This document shows positions 51,994 through 64,000 of a stretch of DNA of 64,000 nt, piece by piece (positions within the stretch are counted from its first letter, which is position 1; each line of letters starts with the position of its first letter). Origin of the DNA: Solirubrobacteraceae bacterium. Its GTDB lineage: Bacteria; Actinomycetota; Thermoleophilia; Solirubrobacterales; Solirubrobacteraceae. The stretch is from contig DATCEH010000008.1 of assembly GCA_036510225.1 (NCBI GenBank), positions 15,361-79,360 of the forward strand, in the 5' to 3' direction. The translations under genes and the position numbers were made by a program. Below the pieces are notes generated by a model that saw only the letters and a list, made by a program, of their open reading frames with translations, was not told the DNA's origin and did no database searches.

Positions 51994-52116
51994 CCCAGAG
52001 GCTTCACGGAGCGCAGCGAAGGAGAACCGGACGTACTGCTCGAAGCTGCTCAGATCGAGCCAGGCGACGCCGACGAAGACCACGAAGGCGGCCCCGCCCA
52101 GCAGAATGGAGACACG

Positions 52117-54507
<2,391 letters not shown>

Positions 54508-54539
54508 CCGAGCCCTCGCGGACGCCGTGAGACGAGTGC

Positions 54540-55013
<474 letters not shown>

Positions 55014-55014
55014 C

Positions 55015-55434
55015 GTGAGCGCCATGGACATCACGATTCACGCCAGCTACCTCCCGCACGACGACCCGGACGCCGCCCTGGCCTTCTATCGCGACACGCT
55101 CGGCTTCGAGGTCCGCCGGGAAGTCGCCTACAACGGAATGCGCTGGATCACGGTCGGCCCGGCCGACCAGCCCGGCACGTCGATCGTCCTGCATCCGCCG
55201 GGGGCCGCCCCCGGCATCACCGACGACGAGCGCCGCACGATCGCCGAGATGATGGCCAAGGGCACCTTTGCCGCGATCAACCTGGCCACCGCCGACCTCG
55301 ACAGCACCTTCGAGCAGGTGCAGGGCGCCGGCGCCGAGGTCGTCCAGGAGCCGATCGAGCAGCCGTACGGCATTCGCGACTGCGCCGTCCGCGACCCCGC
55401 CGGCAACCTGATCCGCATCCAGGAGCTGCGCTGA
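55015..55434 (+). CDS. VOC-family (glyoxalase/bleomycin-resistance fold) protein
   Basis: MSAMDITIHASYLPHDDPDAALAFYRDTLGFEV...ITVGPADQPGTSIVLHPP...YGIRDCAVRDPAGNLIRIQE. It starts 2 nt after the AraC stop. Confidence 0.88.
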   Translation: MSAMDITIHASYLPHDDPDAALAFYRDTLGFEVRREVAYNGMRWITVGPADQPGTSIVLHPPGAAPGITDDERRTIAEMMAKGTFAAINLATADLDSTFEQVQGAGAEVVQEPIEQPYGIRDCAVRDPAGNLIRIQELR

Positions 55435-55453
55435 GGCAGTACGGGTCCGGCTG

Positions 55454-56164
55454 CTAGTCGGCGCCGACCACCTTGAAGTCCTTGTTGACGAAGATGTGGT
55501 GGGGCCAGTTGACGCCGATCTCGTGGACCTCGTACTCGCCGTTGCTCAGCCGCACGACACGATCGACGATGCCGCCAGCGTAGGCCGCCAACGCGGCTTT
55601 TGTGGCCTTGATCGCCGTGCTTGCGCCGACGATCCTGCCGGATCCCTCCTTGTAGCTCGCCGGGATCTGACCGACCGTCCTTGCCGTGCTGGGCGCACCC
55701 GGCTTGAACGGAACGACCGTCGACGATGTCTTGGACCCGCTGCTCGCCGGTTGCACGATGACCTGCGTGGCCGTGATCGTCGTGCTGTCGGTTGTTCCCA
55801 CCACGAGGACGGTCTCGCCTTTGGTGACCGAGCTCGCCGTCGCCGACTTCGTGCCCTTCTCGTATCTCGTGGACGACGTCTCCCTGACGGTCACCTTCTC
55901 CCCTGCCACCGTCAACAGCCCGAACCCCGACACGGACACGCTGCTCACCGTGCCGGCAGATCCGCCCGCGGCCGGTCCGGATCGAGCGTTGGATCCCCCG
56001 CCACCCGGCACGGCTTTCCCTGACGTTGCCGCGGCGGACGTCGCCGTTGTCGCGGCGCCCGAGCCCGGGCTGGCGGCTGCGCCGACGATCCCGTAGGCAC
56101 CGCCCCCGATCGCGACGGCCGTCGCGCCGATCGCGATCGACCTGGTGAGACTTCGAGAGAACAT
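55454..56164 (-). CDS. secreted protein (Gly/Ser/Ala/Thr-rich linker, beta-rich middle, PepSY-like C-terminus)
   Basis: From ATG 56164: MFSRSLTRSIAIGATAVAIGGGAYGIVGAAA (signal/anchor). C-terminal IKATKAALAAYAGGIVDRVVRLSNGEYEVHEIGVNWPHHIFVNKDFKVV. Confidence 0.68.
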   Translation of the reverse strand: MFSRSLTRSIAIGATAVAIGGGAYGIVGAAASPGSGAATTATSAAATSGKAVPGGGGSNARSGPAAGGSAGTVSSVSVSGFGLLTVAGEKVTVRETSSTRYEKGTKSATASSVTKGETVLVVGTTDSTTITATQVIVQPASSGSKTSSTVVPFKPGAPSTARTVGQIPASYKEGSGRIVGASTAIKATKAALAAYAGGIVDRVVRLSNGEYEVHEIGVNWPHHIFVNKDFKVVGAD

Positions 56165-56337
56165 GGAGTGCACCCTTCCCTCGTCCGTTGATCGTGAGTT
56201 GGCCGCCTGCACTCACGATCCGCCGACGCCCCAAGAACCGCGTGAGAGCGACCGGGGAGGTTCCTGTGAAAGGAAGTCTGGACGACGGTCTAGCCTCCTC
56301 GCATGACCCACGCCGCCGACATCCTCGCGGATCGCGC

Positions 56338-59040
56338 GTGAGCGGCGAGCGACGGCCGTCCGCCTGCTCGGTCGTCCTTGCCGGCGACCTCGCCCACCTG
56401 CGAGCCCCCGACGACCACCCTGCCCTGCGGAGCGTTCTCGCGATCCCCGGACGCGGCTACCACCCCGACGACGGCCACTGGAGTGTCCGGCTTCGCAACG
56501 ATCGCCCCCGATCCCTCCTGCGCCTGATCGGCTACCACTCGATCGCGATCAGCCCGGGCGACCGGCTCGTCCTGGAGGCGGCCCTCGCCGACCGGTCCAC
56601 GTTCGACCTCGAGCTGGTCCGGCCCACCCGGCGCACCGACGTCCCCAACTGCGTCAGCGTCTGCGAGCACTGGGACGACGCCGACCTCCGCTGGCTCGCC
56701 AAGCGCCTGCGCCGCCACGCCCATCCGGAGATCGGTCGCCTGAGCATCGTCATCGACCGGCGCGCCGCCCTGGCCTTCGACGAGCTCTACGCCCGCCGCG
56801 ACGACGTCCGCTGGACCGCCCCACTCGCCGCCGAGATCAAGCAGGTCCTCGACGCCCGGTCGCGCACGACCCCGGCGGCCGTCAACCGCCGACGCCGGAC
56901 GGCGTCCGTCCGCTTCGTCGCCGGCCGCACCGACCTCGAGATCGCCAGCCACGACCGCGACGCCGTGATCACCGGCTTCACGGCCCCGACTCGGGTCGGC
57001 CAGTTCACGTTCCTCGTCGCCGCCGACCGCGCGGCCGCGCTGAGCATCAGCCGCCTGCGCGACCGCCATCCCGACGTGATGCTCGCCCCGTCGGTCGCCG
57101 ACTGGATGCACACGGCGACACACTGGACCGGCCGCGTGACCGCGAGCAGTTTTGACGGCGCTCCGGCGTTCCTCGTGCTCGGCGACCCCGACGACCCGCC
57201 CGCCTGCCTGCGAAGCCCGCCGGCCACCTCCGCCGCTCCCGGCACCTGGCGGCTCCCCCTGACCGCGCAGGGCCACGCCGTCCTCGTCGACCTGCTCGCC
57301 GCCCATCCCAAGACGAAGGTCGACCCCTACGCCCTGCGCTGCGCCCAGGCTCTCGCCGATCGTCCCGACGCCCCCGTCCCACCGGCGATCGTCACGGTCG
57401 AGAACCACGACGGCACACACGACGACGCCACCTTCACGCTGATCCGGATGTGGGCGCACGAGACCGACGGCGCCCTCGCCGCCATGCCCGGCGCCCGACC
57501 CCGGTCGCGATGGATCGATCGCACGATCGGCATCGAGGTCCTCGCCGACGCCTGGAACGCCACATCCGTCCGCGACCACGCGGCCACCCACGGCCTCGAG
57601 CTCGACGCCGCCGCCCGAGTCCTGCTCGATCGGCTGCTCGCCGACCACCAGCAGGGAACGGAGCTGGTCACACTCTCCCAAGCGACACACGGCACGCTCG
57701 AGATCCCGACCCTCGCCGGCGCGCTGATGCCCTTCCAAGCCGCCGGCGTGACCTACGCTCGCACACAGCGACGCACGTTCATCGCCGACGAGCAGGGCCT
57801 CGGCAAGACCGTCCAGGCGCTCGCCACCGTCGAAGCCGACGGCGCCTTCCCGGCGATCGTTCTCTGTCCCGCCTCGCTCAAGCTCAACTGGCAGCGCGAA
57901 GCCGACCGCTGGCTCCCACACCGGTCGACGACCGTGATCACCGGGCGGGCGACCACGCCGCTGCACGGCGAGATCCTCGTCCTCAACTACGAGATCCTCG
58001 ACGCCCATCGCGAGGCCCTCTCCGGGCTGGACGCCGCGGCTCTCGTGCTCGACGAGTCGCACTACTGCAAGAACCCGCGCGCCAGACGCACCCAGGAGGC
58101 CCAACTGCTCTCGAGTGCGCTCCGGCCCGAGGCCCTGCGGCTCGCGCTGACGGGGACACCACTCGTCAATCGTGCCAAGGAGCTCGTCCCGCAGTTGCGG
58201 CTGCTCGGCCGACTGGGCGAGTTCGGTTCGGCCGCCGAGTTCGAACGCAAGTTCACCGAACCCGCCGACCGTGAGCGTCTCCACTGGCATCTGCGCCGCT
58301 CCTGCTACGTCAGGCGCCTCAAGCGCGACGTCCTCCCCCAGCTCCCGGCAAAGCAGCGTGCCGTCGTGCCCGTCGCACTCGACAATGCCGGCGAGTATGC
58401 CCGCGCCGAGGAGGCCTTCCTCAGCTGGCTCACAGACCACTACCGCGACTCGCAGGACCTCGCCCGCCGGCTCGACAGCGCGATGCGCGCCCAGGCGCTC
58501 GTCAAGATCAACGCCCTGCGCAAGCTCACCGGCACCGGCAAGATCAAGATCGCCGGCGACTGGATCGAGGACTTCACCGCCAGCGGTGAGAAGCTGGTCG
58601 TCTTCGCCTCGCACCGTGACGTCCAGAGCCGGCTCGTCGAGCGGTTCCCGGCGGCCGCGCATCTACTGGGCAGTGACAGTCAGGACGAGCGCCAGCAGGC
58701 CGTCGATCGCTTCCAGCACGACCCCGACGTGCTGCTGTGCATCTGCTCGCTGAAGGTCGCCGCCCACGGCATCACGCTCACCGCCGCCGCCAACGTCGCG
58801 TTCGTCGAGCTCGGCTGGACCCCGGCCGAGCACGACCAGGCCGAGGACCGCGCCCACCGGATCGGCCAGGACAACGCCGTCACGGCCTGGTACCTGCTCG
58901 CCGCCGGCACGATCGACGACCGCCTCGGCGCCCTGATCGACCGCAAGCGCCTCGTCGTCGGCGCGATCACCGACGGGGCCGCGCCGGCCGAGGGGGCGAT
59001 CGTCGACGCGCTGCTCACCAGCTACATCCAGGCCGCGTAG
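56338..59040 (+). CDS. SNF2/RAD54-family helicase with an N-terminal region of about 430 aa of unknown function
   Basis: Helicase motifs I ADEQGLGKT, II LVLDESHYCKN, III LTGTPLVNR, and V/VI LKVAAHGITLT...QAEDRAHRIGQ. The start is uncertain; GTG 56338 is preferred over 56188, which overlaps the divergent gene. Confidence 0.86.
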   Translation: MSGERRPSACSVVLAGDLAHLRAPDDHPALRSVLAIPGRGYHPDDGHWSVRLRNDRPRSLLRLIGYHSIAISPGDRLVLEAALADRSTFDLELVRPTRRTDVPNCVSVCEHWDDADLRWLAKRLRRHAHPEIGRLSIVIDRRAALAFDELYARRDDVRWTAPLAAEIKQVLDARSRTTPAAVNRRRRTASVRFVAGRTDLEIASHDRDAVITGFTAPTRVGQFTFLVAADRAAALSISRLRDRHPDVMLAPSVADWMHTATHWTGRVTASSFDGAPAFLVLGDPDDPPACLRSPPATSAAPGTWRLPLTAQGHAVLVDLLAAHPKTKVDPYALRCAQALADRPDAPVPPAIVTVENHDGTHDDATFTLIRMWAHETDGALAAMPGARPRSRWIDRTIGIEVLADAWNATSVRDHAATHGLELDAAARVLLDRLLADHQQGTELVTLSQATHGTLEIPTLAGALMPFQAAGVTYARTQRRTFIADEQGLGKTVQALATVEADGAFPAIVLCPASLKLNWQREADRWLPHRSTTVITGRATTPLHGEILVLNYEILDAHREALSGLDAAALVLDESHYCKNPRARRTQEAQLLSSALRPEALRLALTGTPLVNRAKELVPQLRLLGRLGEFGSAAEFERKFTEPADRERLHWHLRRSCYVRRLKRDVLPQLPAKQRAVVPVALDNAGEYARAEEAFLSWLTDHYRDSQDLARRLDSAMRAQALVKINALRKLTGTGKIKIAGDWIEDFTASGEKLVVFASHRDVQSRLVERFPAAAHLLGSDSQDERQQAVDRFQHDPDVLLCICSLKVAAHGITLTAAANVAFVELGWTPAEHDQAEDRAHRIGQDNAVTAWYLLAAGTIDDRLGALIDRKRLVVGAITDGAAPAEGAIVDALLTSYIQAA

Positions 59041-59175
59041 GCACGTCCGCCGCGACGACGCGTACGGGTGCGGACATCCAGGTTGCGGCTACTCCGAGTC
59101 GAGGTAGACGATCACCGCCGGCACGCGCCGGGTCGGGTCGGCGGTCGGCCCTGCCCAACCCGGCGCGGTCAGGCC

Positions 59176-59595
59176 TCAGCCCGCGGTGTCCTGGCCGTGT
59201 GAGCCGCCGCGCTCTCCGTAGGCGAACCATCCCGACAGAAACGAGAGTCCGACAAGGCCGAGCAGAAGCGCCCATGGCCACAGCGTGGCGCTCGTCGCCG
59301 AGGCGACGATGTACCCAATGGCCACGGCAAGGCTCAGAACTCGCCCGACGACGGCCTGGACCTTGAGCCGCTGCATCGCCTGACGCTCGTCGAGCTGCCG
59401 TCGAATCGCCGCACCCGGATCGGTGTCGCGCCCGCCCAGGATGAAGAGCGCGACGATCGCGACGACCGGGATCGGGATGACATCGGCCACGCTCGACCAT
59501 CCATGTGTCGAGCCACCGACGGCAAGCGCGATCAGGCTGGCGATCGCGAGCAGTGCCGGTGCGCGCAGCTGTGGGGACATCGATCTGGTTCTCAC
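59176..59595 (-). CDS. four-TM membrane protein, partner of the upstream XRE regulator
   Basis: Its GTG start overlaps the regulator stop (GTGA). Hydrophobic segments ALLAIASLIALAV, IPVVAIVALFILG, VGRVLSLAVAIGYIVA and WALLLGLVGLSFL. Confidence 0.68.
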   Translation of the reverse strand: MRTRSMSPQLRAPALLAIASLIALAVGGSTHGWSSVADVIPIPVVAIVALFILGGRDTDPGAAIRRQLDERQAMQRLKVQAVVGRVLSLAVAIGYIVASATSATLWPWALLLGLVGLSFLSGWFAYGERGGSHGQDTAG

Positions 59596-59801
59596 TTGGA
59601 AGGCTCCTCATCGGTTGGGTCGAACATCTCCTCGATCGGGACCTCGAACAACCCGGCGATCCGAAACGCCAGCGGCAGCGACGGTAGATAGCGTCCGCTT
59701 TCGATCGAGATCACCGTCTGGCGAGACACGCCCAGGGCAAGTGCGACGTCCGCCTGGGTCAGGCCGCGCCGGCCGCGCTGCTCGCGTACCCGATTTCTCA
59801 T
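59592..59801 (-). CDS. XRE-family HTH transcriptional regulator (YozG-like small regulator)
   Basis: From ATG 59801: MRNRVREQRGRRGLTQADVALALGVSRQTVISIESGRYLPSLPLAFRIAGLFEVPIEEMF. Confidence 0.85.
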   Translation of the reverse strand: MRNRVREQRGRRGLTQADVALALGVSRQTVISIESGRYLPSLPLAFRIAGLFEVPIEEMFDPTDEEPSK

Positions 59802-59823
59802 AAAGTCAAGGTACCTTGACTTT
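59802..59823. promoter_or_regulatory. perfect 22-bp palindrome abutting the XRE start codon (candidate auto-operator)
   Basis: AAAGTCAAGGT|ACCTTGACTTT lies at 59802-59823, immediately 5' of ATG 59801 on the minus strand. A further half-site-like TTTGTCAAG lies at 59829-59837. Confidence 0.7.
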
Positions 59824-60178
59824 GGCGGTTTGTCAAGCACGCTTTACCCGGCGGGTCGTCCCCGGGCGTGCTGGACGCCGGCGATTTCGCTGGTCGGGGG
59901 GGACCGGGTGGTGGAGATGGAGACTCTCCAAAAAAATCGCTGACTGACTCAGGCAACTACTTTCGCGATCAAGGTCTCGCATCCACCTCCACCGCCCGGG
60001 AGGACCCCGGTCGATCCCCCATCCCACACCCCGGCGCCGGCCCACCCCTGCCCGACCCCCAAACCCGTGCCGGCTCCCCCTCCCCACCCGCAACCGCCCG
60101 CACGCGGCCCGCAGAATCAAGATCGCGACCCCCTCGACCCGTCACGCGCCCGAACCGCCCGGCCGCGACCCGCCCCGA

Positions 60179-61366
60179 TCAGGCTTCGCCGGCCCCGCCT
60201 GGCACGGCGTTCGGACGCTCACCCGGCACCGCCGCCAACCGCTCGGCGATCCGATCGCGGTGGAAGTGCTCGGCCCAGCCCCGCGCGGTCGCGTTGAACG
60301 TCTCGTCGCACACCTCGGGGTCCACACCGTGGGCGAGGGCGAGCTCCACGAAGTCGGGGCGATCGTGCTCGACGGCCAGGTGCAGCAACGTGGCTCCGTG
60401 GTGAGTGAACCGACGTTTCGCCAGCTCGGGGCATCGGCCGAGCACATAGCCGGCCACGCCCGGCTGATCGGTGACAAGGGCCAGCGTGAGCGGGCTTGTG
60501 TCGCCCGGCAGCGAACCCGCGAGTTCCGCGCGCGTCGGCCGCAGCGCATCCAGCGCCGCGATGTCGCCGAACCCGATCGCCTCGGTCATCGCGATCTCGC
60601 GCGGTGTCGGCTCGGGCCCCGGTCGGTACCACCAGGTCTGTCCCCACCCCAGCGGGCGAAAGCCCGCCCGGCGGTAGACCGGCTCGCCTGCGTCGGTGGC
60701 GTTCAACACCGCATGCCGGCAACCCTGCTCGACCGCCAGAGAGCATGCCGCCCGGGTCAGGGCCGCGCCGATCCCCCGCCGGCGGACGCGCGGGACCACG
60801 CCCATCGAGTAGATGCCGGCCACGCCGTTCCACGGGTTGACGGCGATCTGGCCGACGAGCTTCTCTCTCAGGCGCACGCCCAGTCGAAAGCTACCCTGCG
60901 GCTCGGGCCCGCTCGGCGCGTAGGGCAACGTCCTCGCGTACGGAGGCCCGGCCGGCTCGACCGCGAACCGTGTCGAGAACGGCTCGCCGGCGTTCTCGTC
61001 GAGGTCGATCGCCATCCAGAGCGGTCGCCATCCCCACGCGAACCCCCGGGCGACCAACCGCGTGCCGAGCTCCGCGTTCGCCGACAGCGACCAGCAGCCG
61101 ACGCTGCAGCACCCGCGCGCGCGGATCTCGGCCGTCAGGGCGTCGACATCCAGTTGTGCACCGCCGGGGAAGACCATCGCGTCGCGACCGACGAACAGCT
61201 CCGACCCGCCGACCTCCACGACGACACCCCCCTCCGCGGCCACGTTCCGTCGAAACCACACCCGGTGATTCTCGGCCGCCGCGTTCAAGAGAGAATCCTC
61301 CTCGGCCCTGCGCACGCCCCCACGATATGAGATCTGATCTGCCGACGGCCCACACGGGCGGGTCAC
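60179..61366 (-). CDS. GNAT-family N-acetyltransferase fused to C-terminal ankyrin repeats
   Basis: GNAT motif A IYSMGVVPRVRRRGIGAALTRAA...VLNATDAGEPVYRRAGF. The C-terminal GATLLHLAVEHDRPDFVELALAHGVDPE is ankyrin-like. The start is uncertain. Confidence 0.72.
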   Translation of the reverse strand: MTRPCGPSADQISYRGGVRRAEEDSLLNAAAENHRVWFRRNVAAEGGVVVEVGGSELFVGRDAMVFPGGAQLDVDALTAEIRARGCCSVGCWSLSANAELGTRLVARGFAWGWRPLWMAIDLDENAGEPFSTRFAVEPAGPPYARTLPYAPSGPEPQGSFRLGVRLREKLVGQIAVNPWNGVAGIYSMGVVPRVRRRGIGAALTRAACSLAVEQGCRHAVLNATDAGEPVYRRAGFRPLGWGQTWWYRPGPEPTPREIAMTEAIGFGDIAALDALRPTRAELAGSLPGDTSPLTLALVTDQPGVAGYVLGRCPELAKRRFTHHGATLLHLAVEHDRPDFVELALAHGVDPEVCDETFNATARGWAEHFHRDRIAERLAAVPGERPNAVPGGAGEA

Positions 61367-61375
61367 GGTCTGGCC

Positions 61376-61423
61376 CCTCGCGGCCGCCCTCGCGGCCGCC
61401 CTCGCGGCCGCCCTCGCGGCCGT
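61376..61423. repeat. 12-bp tandem repeat (CCTCGCGGCCGC) x4 in a divergent intergenic region
   Basis: Units lie at 61376-87, 61388-99, 61400-11 and 61412-23; the last ends in T. Each of the first three contains the 8-bp palindrome GCGGCCGC. Confidence 0.9.
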
Positions 61424-61435
61424 TAAGCTTGGTCG

Positions 61436-63334
61436 ATGCCCGCCTACAGGTCACGGACCGTCACGCACGGCCGCAACATGGCCGGTGCCCGAGCGCTCCT
61501 GCGGGCCGCCGGCGTCGAGAAGGACGACATCGGCCGCAAGCCGATCGTGGCCGTCGCGAACAGCTACACCCAGTTCGTCCCGGGCCACACGCACCTCAAG
61601 CCGGTCGGCGAGATCGTCGCCGACGCGGTCCAGGCTGCCGGGGGTATCCCCCGCGAGTTCAACACGATCGCCGTCGACGACGGGATCGCGATGGGCCACG
61701 GGGGGATGCTCTACTCGCTGCCGTCGCGTGACCTGATCGCCGACAGCGTCGAGTACATGGTCAATGCCCACTGCGCCGACGCCCTCGTCTGCATCTCCAA
61801 CTGCGACAAGATCACCCCGGGGATGCTCAATGCCGCGCTGCGGCTGAACATCCCGACCGTCTTCGTCTCCGGCGGGCCGATGGAGGGCGGCACGGCGACC
61901 CTCGTCGACGGCACCGTCCGCAAGCGCGTGAACCTGATCTCGGCGATCGCCGACGCGGTCGCCGACGAGGTCTCAGACGAGGACATCGCGATCATCGAGG
62001 AGGCCGCCTGCCCGACGTGCGGGTCGTGCTCGGGCATGTTCACGGCGAACTCGATGAACTGCCTGACCGAGGCGCTCGGCCTGGCGCTGCCCGGGAACGG
62101 GTCGATCCTCGCGACGCACACCGCCCGCAAGGCGCTCTACGAGGCCGCCGGCCGGACGGTCGTCGAGATCGCGGCGAGGTACTACGGCGAGGACGACGAG
62201 TCCGTCCTGCCGCGGTCGATCGCCACGCGCGCGGCCTTCGAGAACGCGATGACGCTCGACGTCGCGATGGGCGGCTCGACGAACACCGTGCTGCACATCC
62301 TGGCCGCCGCCCAGGAGGCCGAGCTCGACTTCACGATGAAGGACATCGACGCCCTGTCGCGGCGGGTTCCGTGCCTCTGCAAGGTCGCCCCGAACGGCAC
62401 GTACCTGATGGAGGACGTCCACCGCGCCGGCGGCATGCCGGCGATCCTCGGCGAGCTGCGGCGCGCCGGCCTGCTCGACGAGGACGTCCACACGGTCCAC
62501 GCGCGCACCGTCGACGACTGGCTCGATGCCTGGGACATCCGCTCCGGCCGGGCGTCTGACGAGGCGATCGAGGTCTTCCACGCCGCGCCCGGCTGCCGGC
62601 GCTCGGCCACGGCGTTCTCCCAGTCCGAGCGGTGGGACTCGCTCGACACCGACGCCGCCGGCGGCTGCATCCACGACGTCGCCCACGCGTACTCCACCGA
62701 CGGCGGCCTCGCGATTCTCTATGGCAACCTCGCGGTCCGCGGCTGCGTCGTCAAGACCGCCGGCGTCGACGAGTCGATCCTGACGTTCACCGGGCCGGCG
62801 GTCGTCGTCGAGTCGCAGGAGGCCGCGGTCGACGCGATCCTCGGCGGCCGCGTCGCGGCCGGCGATGTCGTCGTGATCCGCTACGAAGGCCCCCGCGGCG
62901 GGCCGGGCATGCAGGAGATGCTCTACCCGACGTCCTACCTGAAGGGCAGGGGACTCGGCAAGGCGTGTGCGCTGATCACCGACGGCCGCTTCTCCGGCGG
63001 GACGTCCGGCCTGTCGATCGGCCACGTCTCACCCGAGGCGGCCTCCGGCGGCGCGATCGCCCTGGTGCAGGACGGCGACACGATCGCGATCGACATCCCG
63101 AACCGGCGGCTCGCGCTCGACGTTCCCGACGACGAGCTGGCCGACCGCCGTGACCGGCTCGAAGCGGGCGTCGGCTACGTGCCGGCTGCCCGCGACCGGG
63201 CCGTCTCCCCGGCATTGCGGGCCTACGCCGCCATGGCGACGTCGGCCGACACCGGCGCCGTCCGCGACGTCAACGCGGTCGAGCGCGCCGTCGCCGCGGC
63301 CGCGACGCGCGACCCCTCCCTCTCGGCGTCCTGA
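61436..63334 (+). CDS. ilvD: dihydroxy-acid dehydratase
   Basis: [27 protein letters not shown]...[16 protein letters not shown]...[12 protein letters not shown]...[18 protein letters not shown]...[22 protein letters not shown] are canonical IlvD/Edd family motifs. Confidence 0.93.
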   Translation: MPAYRSRTVTHGRNMAGARALLRAAGVEKDDIGRKPIVAVANSYTQFVPGHTHLKPVGEIVADAVQAAGGIPREFNTIAVDDGIAMGHGGMLYSLPSRDLIADSVEYMVNAHCADALVCISNCDKITPGMLNAALRLNIPTVFVSGGPMEGGTATLVDGTVRKRVNLISAIADAVADEVSDEDIAIIEEAACPTCGSCSGMFTANSMNCLTEALGLALPGNGSILATHTARKALYEAAGRTVVEIAARYYGEDDESVLPRSIATRAAFENAMTLDVAMGGSTNTVLHILAAAQEAELDFTMKDIDALSRRVPCLCKVAPNGTYLMEDVHRAGGMPAILGELRRAGLLDEDVHTVHARTVDDWLDAWDIRSGRASDEAIEVFHAAPGCRRSATAFSQSERWDSLDTDAAGGCIHDVAHAYSTDGGLAILYGNLAVRGCVVKTAGVDESILTFTGPAVVVESQEAAVDAILGGRVAAGDVVVIRYEGPRGGPGMQEMLYPTSYLKGRGLGKACALITDGRFSGGTSGLSIGHVSPEAASGGAIALVQDGDTIAIDIPNRRLALDVPDDELADRRDRLEAGVGYVPAARDRAVSPALRAYAAMATSADTGAVRDVNAVERAVAAAATRDPSLSAS

Positions 63335-63455
63335 CCGGCCCGCGGCGTCGGGCCGGCGGCGTCGGGCTCAAGCGCCGAGCGTCGTGGTGTCGATCACGAA
63401 CCGGTAGCGGCCGTCGGCGGGTCTCCCTCAGCACGACCTCTGACTTCGCTTGACT

Positions 63456-63473
63456 TAGCAACATTTGTTGCTA
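63456..63473. promoter_or_regulatory. 18-bp palindrome TAGCAACA-TT-TGTTGCTA in an AT-richer intergenic patch
   Basis: Read directly. It is preceded by the direct repeats TGACTTcgctTGACTT (63441-63456). It lies about 120 nt downstream of the ilvD stop. Confidence 0.6.
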
Positions 63474-64000
63474 TGTTTGTTGGTGCTCGAGGAACTCAGT
63501 CAGGGGTTCCCGGGCGACGAGTTTGCGGCGAGATGTCGCCGACCAACCCTAGGAGGTCTCGGTCGTCGGCGGGCCCGTCGCACCGCAGGGCGAGGGACGC
63601 TCGGGCGCAAGGGGACGCTCGAGCGCCTCACCCACGGGCGAGCGATCCGGCCGACTGCCTCCGCGCCTGCGGGTCAGAACTCGTTGACGGCGGGCTGGCC
63701 GGCGCGACCGAGATACCGGGCGTCGCGCGGCTCCCCGTTCGACGCTTCGTAGCGCCTCGCTCAAGCCGTCGGGGTCCGAGCCGCCGCGTGGCCTGCTCGA
63801 CGCGGTCGGCATCGCCGACCGCCCAGGCCGGTCGCTCGGCGAGCTGGCCGCGGAAGTGCCTGATCACTCGGCGTCCGCGTCGCGGCGCGCCTCACGGACC
63901 GAAGTCATGAGCGTCGCCGGGGCTGGGGCGATCGCGGCAGACTCGTCGCGTCCCGCCGCGAGCTGCCCGAGCCCCCAGATCGGGCGCAGTACGCCGCCAC

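Noticed and set aside
51907-52116. N-terminal extension of the UvrA-paralog ORF (866-aa version) that translates the G-rich repeat as Gly-Ala repeats
   Set aside because: It starts inside the preceding VOC gene, has no sensible composition, and an ATG with a GGAGA ribosome-binding site at 52117 opens directly onto the conserved UvrA N-terminus. Similar over-extended starts were trimmed for pilM (9899), pilD (10291), pitA (9515), DUF427 (10681), RNase D (20300), the pilins and hicB.
56290-58662. 790-aa minus-strand ORF antisense to the SNF2 helicase
   Set aside because: Shadow ORF. The plus strand carries all the SNF2 motifs. The same reasoning rejects 24387..25742, 27932..29152, 30218..31348, 32684..33901, 44396..45529, 20483..21418, 21852..22556 and 61973..63025.
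61376-61423. CRISPR array candidate (also considered for 51954-51993 and the 37799-38076 motif array)
   Set aside because: The repeats are 6-12 bp and directly abutting, or irregularly spaced with no unique spacers of 25-40 bp. No cas genes are present.

Overview
Very GC-rich bacterial chromosomal segment; third codon positions are almost always G/C, so every real gene casts long Arg/Pro/Gly-rich shadow ORFs on the other strand. Gene content and the pilin/PilMNO architecture suggest a high-GC Gram-positive lineage such as Actinomycetota/Thermoleophilia, but this is inference only. I saw no rRNA, tRNA or CRISPR array. Main content: (1) a partial aroC at the left edge. (2) Type IV pilus genes in three separate loci: pilD-pilM-pilN-pilO plus an uncharacterised membrane-anchored gene (5.4-9.9 kb); three tandem major-pilin paralogs flanked by two GT-C-type membrane glycosyltransferase-like genes (12.4-18.4 kb); and a pilW-like/pilV-like/large pilX-like minor-pilin operon (24.5-27.6 kb). 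No pilus ATPase or platform gene is in the window. (3) Housekeeping and accessory genes: pitA, DUF427, an OmpR-type two-component system, RNase D, a clan GH-A-like hydrolase, greA, HAD hydrolase, an ABC-2 exporter, a Xi-class GST, Usp, MFS/TetR, GrpB, SDR, an ECF sigma/anti-sigma pair, a VOC-UvrA paralog-AraC-VOC cluster, an SNF2 helicase, GNAT-ankyrin and ilvD. (4) A lower-GC accessory island at about 34.5-43.1 kb. It holds an uncharacterised tightly coupled two-gene operon plus a divergent nuclease-like gene, an iteron-like repeat array interrupted by an IS66-family element, hicAB, a higBA-like pair, a DUF2442 relic, a tyrosine-recombinase relic and vapBC. The main cross-cutting pattern is that most toxin, nuclease and recombinase genes of the mobile modules are disrupted by frameshifts or nonsense codons. 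Their antitoxin partners and all housekeeping genes stay intact. The best candidate for an undescribed system is the 34848-37649 locus. I could not assign its function from sequence alone.
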